DNA of 35,193 nucleotides, taken from the IMG/VR virus record IMGVR_UViG_3300048819_000127, positions 1 through 35,193 of that record. The stretch is one strand, 5' to 3'. Below, piece by piece: positions 8,801-16,480 of the stretch (position 1 is its first letter; each line of letters opens with the position of its first letter). The DNA is from a virus (Duplodnaviria; Caudoviricetes). The notes under the pieces were generated by a model that was given only the letters and a program-made list of their open reading frames with translations, was not told where the DNA came from and did no database searches. The position numbers and the translations under genes were made by a program.

Positions 8801-9253
8801 ATGGCATTCCAAGTTCTCGAGTACGACGCGGATCAAATCCGCATCAGCATCGCGGGTGTCGCCGTTGCCCAGGGCGCCGGCGTGTCCGGCTTTGCAGATG
8901 GCGAGTTCCTCTCGATCGGATTCAAGCCGCAATTCACGATGGTCAAGGGCACCGATGGCTCCGCCACTCGCTCAAAGACCAACGACCGCGAGTGCGAAAT
9001 CAAGATCATCCTGATGCAGTCGAACAGCCTGAACGCGGCACTCTCCGCTCTCCTGTTCGCAGACGTGTCTACCCCCAATGGGACGGGCATTGGCTCGTTC
9101 ATCGTGGAAGACCTCCAGGGCACCACGCTGATCAGCGTGCCGACCGCATGGATCAGCGCTCCCGCCGAAGTGAGCTATGACCGCGGCGCTAAAGCAAGAT
9201 CGTGGCCAATATCGGGCTTGTGGGACGTTCTGGTGCTTGGTGGCAACGGTTAG
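8801..9253 (+). CDS. Tail tube protein (DUF3277-like)
   Basis: YD...I.I.G...SGFADGEF...KGTDG..RSK.ND...I.I.LMQS.S.N..L; 150 aa, directly after the sheath. Confidence 0.85.
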   Translation: MAFQVLEYDADQIRISIAGVAVAQGAGVSGFADGEFLSIGFKPQFTMVKGTDGSATRSKTNDRECEIKIILMQSNSLNAALSALLFADVSTPNGTGIGSFIVEDLQGTTLISVPTAWISAPAEVSYDRGAKARSWPISGLWDVLVLGGNG

Positions 9254-9317
9254 TCCTTTAGTTTCGCATACTTAGTAGCGCATAGACACTGTTGGTCCCC
9301 TCGGCTATCATCCGAGC

Positions 9318-10256
9318 ATGTGGACCATCTACTGCGTGACGCACATCGCATCTGGGCGCCGATATATCGGTCAGACCAAACTTTCGGCCGCTCGTCGCTG
9401 GAAGGGGCACCTGTTCGCGGCGACGTACCGAAAGCACGACGGGAGAAGCCGCTTCGTCAACGCAATTCGATGTTACGGAGCCAAAGCATTTCGCGTCTCG
9501 GTATTGGAGACATGCCTTACTCAGCCCGGCGCGGACGAAGCAGAAATTGCGTGGATAGCGTCCTTCTCGACGACATACGAGATGTTCGGGTTCAACGTCA
9601 TGCCCGGTGGAAGAGGCCGCGTGCGCGACGGCGAGTCACACAATCCTTGGAACGACCCGGCCTTCCGAGCGAAGATGACGTCCCCAGCGATGCGCGCGCG
9701 CCGACTGGCCACCAGGCGAGCGACCATGGCTGAGGACCCGAGCATTAGTGCCGCAGCGAGCGCGGTGTCTAAGGCGAATTGGGCCAACCCATCCATCCGC
9801 AAGCGTATACTCACAAATACCGCAGCCACCAAGGCGCGCCCAGAGGTTCGCGCCCGCCTATCCGCCGCCGCCAAGGCCTGTCACTCCCCGGACTCGCGCG
9901 CTCGTGCGGCTGAACGCCAGCGCGAATTATGGTCAGATCCGGCATTCAAGGCGAAGTCATCGGCGGCCATCCGAGCACACCACGAAAGCGAAGAATACCG
10001 AGAGCGGGCCCGTCGCAACGGCACGGAGCAGTGGAAGAACGCGGAGATCCGAGAGCGCAACGCGGCGGCGATCCGAGAACGGCTCAATTCGCCGCAGGGC
10101 CTTGCGGAACGCGCAGCGAGGAAAGCGCGTCCATGCAAGCGGTGCGGTGGCGAGCGGGTAATCCTACCGAGCGGGATCAATCGATGCAGGCCGTGCCATG
10201 CAGCACGCGAGACAGCCAGGCAGGCAGCGAAGCGCCTGCCCGAGGCCGCGGAGTGA
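9318..10256 (+). CDS. Free-standing GIY-YIG homing endonuclease
   Basis: TIYCVTH..SGRRYIGQT...RRW..H...E..WI...GFN..PGG is intact; W.[DN]P..R helical repeats and a terminal CxxC..CxxC follow; promoter TAGACA-17-TATCAT upstream. Confidence 0.85.
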   Translation: MWTIYCVTHIASGRRYIGQTKLSAARRWKGHLFAATYRKHDGRSRFVNAIRCYGAKAFRVSVLETCLTQPGADEAEIAWIASFSTTYEMFGFNVMPGGRGRVRDGESHNPWNDPAFRAKMTSPAMRARRLATRRATMAEDPSISAAASAVSKANWANPSIRKRILTNTAATKARPEVRARLSAAAKACHSPDSRARAAERQRELWSDPAFKAKSSAAIRAHHESEEYRERARRNGTEQWKNAEIRERNAAAIRERLNSPQGLAERAARKARPCKRCGGERVILPSGINRCRPCHAARETARQAAKRLPEAAE

Positions 10257-10687
10257 CACCCCACACGCAGACGGTAACAGGAGAGCGAGGCAACTGCTGG
10301 CAGACGGCTATCGCGAGCGTGCTCGAGATCGACCCGAGGACGATGCCGGACCAGTCGGCCTTCGAGTACTACCAGGAGCCGCTGAAAAACTACCTGAGAG
10401 ATCACCACGAGCTGGCCTACGTTGAACTGTGGCCCCCCGGGCTCGCCTCGGTGATCTCGGTGAAGGCGCCCGGGTGGCACTTCCTGTGCGGCCCAACGGA
10501 GCGTCGAACAGCGGACGGGCGGACGCTGGCGCACGTCGTGGTTGCGAGATATGGCGAGATGGTCTGGGATCCGCATCCAAGTCGTGCGGGTCTTACGGTG
10601 GCCGAGAGGATGGGGGTTTTGATGCCCTTCCCGAAGGAGTGGCGCGGGAGTCGACCGCCCTGCGTGTGTCCGGCATGCGCCGCGTGA
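10253..10687 (+). CDS. Papain-fold (C39-like) Cys-His-Asp domain protein
   Basis: Q...GNCWQTAIAS, HVVV and WDPHP motifs; GTG overlaps the GIY-YIG stop (GTGA). Confidence 0.6.
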   Translation: MTPHTQTVTGERGNCWQTAIASVLEIDPRTMPDQSAFEYYQEPLKNYLRDHHELAYVELWPPGLASVISVKAPGWHFLCGPTERRTADGRTLAHVVVARYGEMVWDPHPSRAGLTVAERMGVLMPFPKEWRGSRPPCVCPACAA

Positions 10688-10715
10688 AACGCTTCCGGCT
10701 AGCTACCTTTGAGGC

Positions 10716-11027
10716 ATGGACGGAAAGCGATTCGAGCTCCAATTCTCCGACACAGTGACGGCGGCCCCTGGCATCGCGTACACGCATGACGAGTCTGGCG
10801 CCCGCACGCCGCACGCAGTCATCGAAATCACGGCCAACCAGGTCGTGCCTACCCGCGTCGCTGTGGCGGCGCTGACGCCGTCGGAGGCGCGCGCCTTCGC
10901 GGCGGAGATCATCTCGCTTGCGGACGCCGCAGATGGTGCACTGAAGCCAGCGCCTGTCGAGCACGCGGGAGCCTTGCACGACCCCTCCCACACGGGCGAC
11001 GTGCCGCCCGCGCTGGGCGAGCCGTGA
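10716..11027 (+). CDS. Hypothetical protein
   Basis: ATG 6 nt after GCTACCTT; contains an LTPSEARAFA..I...AD helix motif common in small phage proteins. Confidence 0.6.
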   Translation: MDGKRFELQFSDTVTAAPGIAYTHDESGARTPHAVIEITANQVVPTRVAVAALTPSEARAFAAEIISLADAADGALKPAPVEHAGALHDPSHTGDVPPALGEP

Positions 11028-11185
11028 GCGAAGACAAGAAGAGCAACGATCCGGAAATTCCGGATCGTTCAAACCGAGTGGGATCGCCTGACCAGAAGGT
11101 CTTGAAGCGTCCGGCGAAACCTGAGGACCCGAAAGAGGACCGATACGACTCTGGGGTGGCCGACGGATCCATGAGGTACGGCTGA
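11024..11185 (+). CDS. Small charged hypothetical protein (53 aa, below ORF-track cutoff)
   Basis: GTGA overlap upstream and stop 1 nt before the next ATG; MSEDKKSNDPEIPDR...DRYDSGVADGSMRYG. Confidence 0.45.
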   Translation: MSEDKKSNDPEIPDRSNRVGSPDQKVLKRPAKPEDPKEDRYDSGVADGSMRYG

Positions 11186-11186
11186 G

Positions 11187-11594
11187 ATGGCTGCAAATAC
11201 ACATATGAGCCAGGCGGCATGGAACGCCGCATTGAACGCCGCGCTGAACCCGCTCAACAGCGGTTTCATCGAGATCTACACTGGCGCGCAGCCAGCGACG
11301 CCAGACGTGGCGGTCACGACGCAAACGCTGCTCGTCACGCTGAACCTTGGCGCCACAGCGTTCGCGGCTTCTTCGGGCGGCACGAAGACAGCGAACGCCA
11401 TCACGTCCGAGACAGCGGTCGCGAGCGGGACAGCGACGTGGTTCCGCGCATACCAGAGTGACAACGCCACGGCTGTGATCGATGGGAGCGCTGGCGTGTC
11501 TGGCACAGACATGATCCTAGCGACGGCGTCGATCGTCTCTGGAGCCGTCGTGTCCTGTAGCGGCTGGTCGGTGTCATGTCCGATAGGACAATGA
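11187..11594 (+). CDS. Putative virion structural protein
   Basis: G.IEIYTGAQPATPD...LLVTL.L..TAF...A.ASGTATWFR...VIDGSAG pattern, which I recognise from phage structural modules; no named function. Confidence 0.7.
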   Translation: MAANTHMSQAAWNAALNAALNPLNSGFIEIYTGAQPATPDVAVTTQTLLVTLNLGATAFAASSGGTKTANAITSETAVASGTATWFRAYQSDNATAVIDGSAGVSGTDMILATASIVSGAVVSCSGWSVSCPIGQ

Positions 11595-11615
11595 AGAATA
11601 TGCTACGTTCCTCGC

Positions 11616-12152
11616 ATGAAAGACATGTCGCTGGAGCGACAAGCGAGGGCGGAGTACATGCGGAGGTGGCGCGAAAAACGCTCGCCCGACGCGCGTGCAC
11701 GCGACAGAGAGATGTTCCGCAAGTGTCCGAGCAAGCAACCTTCGGACGCGCGAACAGCGAAGTGCAGCGCGTCAGAGGCGCGGCGTCGCGCATCGTTCTC
11801 GGAGGAGAAGCGAGCGCAGATACGGGCGCGCGCGAGAGAGGTAGCGAAGGAGCACCCGGAGCGCGGGCGTCGGAAGAATTGGCTGGCGGGCCTGCGTCGA
11901 TCGGGGTGGACCGAGGCTACGTACGAGCAGGCCTGGATCAGTCAGGAAGGACGGTGCGACATATGCCACGAGCCCATGGCTCGTGGAGTCAAACTATCGC
12001 ATGGGGCCGCTGCCGATCATTGTCATACGCGAGGCGTGTCGAGAGGGATCCTGTGCAACGCATGCAACTTGGGGATCGGCATGTTCAAGGACGACCCATC
12101 CAGACTTCGGGCGGCCGCAGCATACATAGAACGATTCTCATGCGGACAATAA
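11616..12152 (+). CDS. Endonuclease VII-family (HNH-like) free-standing endonuclease
   Basis: QEGRCDIC...DHCH..G.SRGILCNACNLGIGMFKDDP..LRAAAAYI is the canonical Endonuclease_7 signature. Confidence 0.85.
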   Translation: MKDMSLERQARAEYMRRWREKRSPDARARDREMFRKCPSKQPSDARTAKCSASEARRRASFSEEKRAQIRARAREVAKEHPERGRRKNWLAGLRRSGWTEATYEQAWISQEGRCDICHEPMARGVKLSHGAAADHCHTRGVSRGILCNACNLGIGMFKDDPSRLRAAAAYIERFSCGQ

Positions 12153-12156
12153 CGAG

Positions 12157-13032
12157 ATGACCGCTCCCGTCCTCTCCGACGTCGGCTACACCCCGGGAAC
12201 AGGCGCCGAGATCGCCGTCGATACCGGGTCTATCCCGGGCTCAGTGGTGCCCGTATCGGACCTCGTGGTCGACGGGCAGATCGTCTCTGCCATCAACGGC
12301 GTATCGCTGCCTGTCAACACGGAGGCGACGGCGGTCACGGTCAATGGGCAGACAGCTCTTTGCGTAAGGGATGATTCTCTACGAGAGGGCATCGAGCGAA
12401 CGACGTTGGCCGTAGAGGCGCTGCTGGATCTGCAGAACGCCGTGCCGCCGGCATTCACGCTTGCGACGCCGCCGGTGGGTCCAGAGCAAGCGCTGGTCGT
12501 GCGGAACATCCCCTCCGGGTTTCAACAGGTCACCGTCTCGGATGGGACGCACGGGCCGGTTTCGGTCAAGGCGGCGTCGACGGCAGCCGTGGCCACTGAC
12601 CTTCCGCAGGTGGTAGCTCTCCACCCTAGCTCGCCTCTACCCACTGGAGCGAACACGGTCGGCACCGTCAACCAGGGCACGGCGGCGACGCTAGCCAACG
12701 CGTGGTCCGCGAAGATCACGGACGCTACGAATGGTCCCGTCGCGGTAAAGGCGAGCAAGGTCGCTGCCGTTGTGACCGACCCGGCTCTCGTCGTGGCGAT
12801 CTCGCCCAACGGCCCAGTCCCTCAGGGCGGCTACGACATCAACGGGAACCTCGTGGCTGCCAGCCTGGTCACGATGAATGGCACCGTGCAGGGGCGCACG
12901 TACGACGAAACGAACCGGATACTGCTGGAGAGTATCTTGCTGGTGCTCATCGACATCCGGACGATCCTTGGCGCTTCTTCGTTGAAGGGCGAGGCGGTTT
13001 CACTTTCCACGGCGGTAGACGCCAACAACTAG
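12157..13032 (+). CDS. Putative structural/fibre protein with duplicated VKA(A)S..AV.TD..VVA motif
   Basis: Ala/Val/Thr-rich; internal repeat at about 12538-12636 and 12718-12816. Confidence 0.6.
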   Translation: MTAPVLSDVGYTPGTGAEIAVDTGSIPGSVVPVSDLVVDGQIVSAINGVSLPVNTEATAVTVNGQTALCVRDDSLREGIERTTLAVEALLDLQNAVPPAFTLATPPVGPEQALVVRNIPSGFQQVTVSDGTHGPVSVKAASTAAVATDLPQVVALHPSSPLPTGANTVGTVNQGTAATLANAWSAKITDATNGPVAVKASKVAAVVTDPALVVAISPNGPVPQGGYDINGNLVAASLVTMNGTVQGRTYDETNRILLESILLVLIDIRTILGASSLKGEAVSLSTAVDANN

Positions 13033-13039
13033 AGGTCAA

Positions 13040-13663
13040 ATGCAAGTCGAAGGAAGAGTTGGCGTTCAGACGTTACAGGACGGTACGCAACAGCCGCCGA
13101 GGCTGGGTCACGCTGGTGAGATCGTGACAGACGACTGCCATGGTCGCTTCTACGAGGCCGTCTACCGCGGAAATGTGTTCTCCGCCACGACCGCTATCGC
13201 AGGGGTGGCACCAGGTACGGCGCTCGCGACGACGGCGCAGTTGATTGCAATCTACAACCCTCCAGCAAGCGGCAAGAATCTAGAGTTTCTGCGTGCTCGC
13301 ATAGGGTACGTGTCCGGTACGCTTGGCGCTGGGAGCATCGTGTACGCCACCGGCGCCCAGATCGTAGCCATCACCGGAACGGCCATCGCAGTCAAAAACA
13401 ATCTGTTGGGCGCCGCAGCACCGTCTGTTGCTCAGGCAGCATCTGCTGCAGGCGTCACTTCTGCTCCTGGCCTCGTCGCGCCGGCATTCACGCTCGGGGC
13501 GTTCCTCGCCACGACAGCATCAATCAATCCTCCGCTCATCGACGAGATCGCGGGAGAGCTGATCTTGACCCCAGGGAACGTGCTGGTCATGTCGGGAATC
13601 GCGGCAGCTGGCACTACCCCATTGGTACTTGCTTCGTTGACTTGGGAAGAAGTTCCGGTCTAA
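13040..13663 (+). CDS. Putative structural protein
   Basis: GAGG SD; HGRFYEAVYRGNVF, YNPPASGKNL and a terminal TWEEVP motif. Confidence 0.65.
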   Translation: MQVEGRVGVQTLQDGTQQPPRLGHAGEIVTDDCHGRFYEAVYRGNVFSATTAIAGVAPGTALATTAQLIAIYNPPASGKNLEFLRARIGYVSGTLGAGSIVYATGAQIVAITGTAIAVKNNLLGAAAPSVAQAASAAGVTSAPGLVAPAFTLGAFLATTASINPPLIDEIAGELILTPGNVLVMSGIAAAGTTPLVLASLTWEEVPV

Positions 13664-13684
13664 CGTAAACGGAAGGAGCCTCGC

Positions 13685-14128
13685 ATGGCACTCGGGGCGT
13701 GGCTCCTTCTTTTTTCGGCGCAGACACTCAACGCGACGATCGCGCAGTCAGTTGGAAGCATCCAGCAGACCGCCAGCGAGTCAGAGCTCATCACGTCGGT
13801 CGCCCATCAAAACGTGGGTGGCGTCACGCAGAGCGCGTCGGGATCCGAGACGATCGCATCCTCGGTCGCACAGTCTGTCGTCGGTATCAGGCAGACAGCG
13901 AGCGAATCAGAGCTGGTCGCGACGTCGGTCGCTCAACGGGTAGGTGGGATCAGGCAAAGGGCCTCAGTCGCAATCGTAACCCCGCTCGTCGTTGCAGCGA
14001 AGCAGCGCCTGTCACGCGTACGACAGTGCGCGCTGGTGACGGTGCCGGCGCCCTCTCCGCCTGCCGCGCAGGAGACGATCAAGCAGCGGATCGGCACCCT
14101 CAGACAGTGCGCCTTTAGCAACAGCTAG
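13685..14128 (+). CDS. Beta-strand repeat protein
   Basis: AAGGAG SD; about six 21-22 aa repeats of Q.VG.I.Q.AS.S......VA. Confidence 0.55.
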   Translation: MALGAWLLLFSAQTLNATIAQSVGSIQQTASESELITSVAHQNVGGVTQSASGSETIASSVAQSVVGIRQTASESELVATSVAQRVGGIRQRASVAIVTPLVVAAKQRLSRVRQCALVTVPAPSPPAAQETIKQRIGTLRQCAFSNS

Positions 14129-14146
14129 ACGGCTATCTTTGCCCCC

Positions 14147-14650
14147 ATGGGCGACGTGCAGAAGATCGTAACGCTGGAAATCGAAGGCCGGCAGTTCAGA
14201 ATTGCGGAAGTTGGCGGCCTTACCGGCGGGCGGATCACGTTCCGCGGGGGCCAGACGTTCGCTCAGGCGCTCACGACGGGCTTCAGCATGAAGGGTGATC
14301 CCACGATGGCCATCATGTCGGCCATCGTCCGCCTGATGAGCGAGGAGGATTACCTCTGGGTGGCTGGTGAGATGGCGAAGGTCACCACGCTGGCAGTGTA
14401 CGATCCGGCCAACCCAAACCGACCTCCAACGTGGGTACCGCTTGATATCGATCAGCACTTCAAGGGGAAGCACATGGCTCAACTCGACTGGTTGAGAGGG
14501 GCGCTCGAAACGAACTTCGGCTCTTTTTTCGCCGAGCTCCAACGGCGGCTCGCCGAGTGGGGCGAGGCCAAGGCCGCATCAGCCTCACCGCCCCCGACGG
14601 CGCAGACGGACAGTGGTTCTTCTGGCGACTCCTCCTCAGCGAAAGGATAG
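14147..14650 (+). CDS. Tail assembly chaperone
   Basis: Directly upstream of the tape measure; IDQHFKG...L..AL..NFGSFF pattern; slippery site present. Confidence 0.8.
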   Translation: MGDVQKIVTLEIEGRQFRIAEVGGLTGGRITFRGGQTFAQALTTGFSMKGDPTMAIMSAIVRLMSEEDYLWVAGEMAKVTTLAVYDPANPNRPPTWVPLDIDQHFKGKHMAQLDWLRGALETNFGSFFAELQRRLAEWGEAKAASASPPPTAQTDSGSSGDSSSAKG

Positions 14651-14793
14651 CTGTGAGGTCTCTCGCCGAACTGGAGCGCGACTGGACGATCAACATGATC
14701 GCGGACGCGCACCACTGGCTTGACGAGTTTGACCGGGCGGATGACGTGGCGAGGAAACAGCAGGAGCAGAAAAAGGAGATACCTGATGGCTGA
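14524..14793 (+). other. Programmed -1 frameshift site (T TTT TTC) and chaperone extension
   Basis: Heptamer 14524-14530 is in X XXY YYZ register; the -1 frame is open from 14530 to 14793 (WRLL...SLAELERDWTI..I.DAH..LD); GC hairpin CTCGCC-gagtgg-GGCGAG lies downstream. Confidence 0.8.
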
Positions 14794-16480
14794 CGGCGGA
14801 GCTCTGAGAGAACTTCTGGTCAGTCTCGGCGCAGAATTTGACACGAGCGAACTCGAGGAGGGCGAGAAAAAGGCAGAAGGGATCTTTGGGAAACTGAAGG
14901 AGGGCGTGAAGGCTCTCGCTGAGGTATTCGCGGTCGAAAAGTTCCGCGAGTTCGTGGGCGGTCAAATCGAGATGGGCGCCCAGCTGAAGGTGACTGCTGA
15001 GCGACTGGGCACCACGACCGACGAGCTGCAGGCGATGCGGTTGGCGGCGCAGGAAGCTGGCGTGTCTGCCGAAACCATGGACACGTCGCTGCGGTTCCTG
15101 AACCGGAACATAGGCAGGGCTACCGAGGGTGGCGGCGCGCAGGCACAAGCGTTCGCGAAGCTGGGCATCGCGATCAAGGATACGAGCGGAGTGGTGAGAC
15201 CCGCTGGCGACGTCCTAGGGGACCTCGCGGATCACATTGCGGAGATCGAGGACCCGGCCAAGAAAACGAAGATCGCGATTGACCTGCTCGGCCGCGGAGG
15301 ATCTCAGCTCATCCCGCTCCTCAATCGTGGCGGAGAGGCATTCCGGGATGCGCGGAAGGACGCCCTAGAACTCGGCGGAGGTCTATCGACCCAGTTCGTG
15401 GAGGCCGCGCACAAGGCTGAGGAAGCGAACGTCAAACTGAATTTTGCCTTCACGAGCCTGAAGAGCAACATCGCAAACGCGGTTCTCCCCACGTTCACGG
15501 CCATCGTGCAAGGGTTCACGAACATCGTCAAGATCGCTGTCGACGTCGAGAAGAGGAGCCACATTGTCGAGGACGCGTTCCTGTTCCTGAAGAACGGTGC
15601 GATTGCTTTCGGCATTTACAAGATCGTGACAGCGATGCGCGCCCTGTCACTCGCGTCACTGTTCAACCCGCTAGGTCTGCTCGTCGTGGGCGCCGTCGCA
15701 GCCCTCTTAGCATACAACGATCTAAAGGTCGCGCTCGAGGGCGGCAAGAGTGTCTTCGGCGATACGTTCGGACACACTGGGATCGAAACTCTACGAGACG
15801 ACCTTGATGACGCGAACGATGTCATCGACAACTCGATAGATCTGTTCACGACGATGGGAGAGATCCTCGTCAAGCTGTGGGACATCGTCAAAGAGGTCGG
15901 CGCATCCTTTGGGTACCTTGGCAATAAGGTTGCTGAGGTTGCGCACAAAGCCAACTCGGACCTTGTGGAGAAGATCGGTGTGGTCACGGGGGAGGACAAC
16001 TCGAAGGAAGTTGCCGAGGAACGTGCACACGCAAAAGGCAACGCCAATAGAGCTGCAGAGTATGCAGATACTGCGGGCGCGGCGGATGACGATCTGTTCA
16101 GCGGCTTTCGTAGTGGCGGCACTGGATTCCGTACGATCGGAGGTCGCAAAGCCGCTAGGCATTCAAGGGAGGCGCAGCAAACTTCGGATCAGGCCACCTC
16201 GGCGCTACCCGTGGGTCTACAGGCTGGATTCGTCCCGGCATTCAACCCTGGGCAGGGGCCCTACGTCGATGCGTACAACAGTCCGTCTGTGCCTGGGACA
16301 TCAGGAGGCAAGGCTGCCGGTACAAAGAGCGTCGTCGTCCACCAGACCAACACGGCCAACGTGACCCAGCACCTCAACGGAGGAGACCTGCCAGGTGTGA
16401 CGAGGGCAACGAAGGGCGCGCTTGCAGACGCGAATCAGATTGCCAACAACAACGCCTACGAGACATTTGACCGCCCGTGA
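14786..16480 (+). CDS. Tape measure protein (564 aa)
   Basis: AAGGAG SD before ATG 14786; LRELLV.LG, AERLGTTTDELQ, F.KLGI...D..G and LIPLLN.G motifs; central hydrophobic segment. Confidence 0.85.
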   Translation: MADGGALRELLVSLGAEFDTSELEEGEKKAEGIFGKLKEGVKALAEVFAVEKFREFVGGQIEMGAQLKVTAERLGTTTDELQAMRLAAQEAGVSAETMDTSLRFLNRNIGRATEGGGAQAQAFAKLGIAIKDTSGVVRPAGDVLGDLADHIAEIEDPAKKTKIAIDLLGRGGSQLIPLLNRGGEAFRDARKDALELGGGLSTQFVEAAHKAEEANVKLNFAFTSLKSNIANAVLPTFTAIVQGFTNIVKIAVDVEKRSHIVEDAFLFLKNGAIAFGIYKIVTAMRALSLASLFNPLGLLVVGAVAALLAYNDLKVALEGGKSVFGDTFGHTGIETLRDDLDDANDVIDNSIDLFTTMGEILVKLWDIVKEVGASFGYLGNKVAEVAHKANSDLVEKIGVVTGEDNSKEVAEERAHAKGNANRAAEYADTAGAADDDLFSGFRSGGTGFRTIGGRKAARHSREAQQTSDQATSALPVGLQAGFVPAFNPGQGPYVDAYNSPSVPGTSGGKAAGTKSVVVHQTNTANVTQHLNGGDLPGVTRATKGALADANQIANNNAYETFDRP

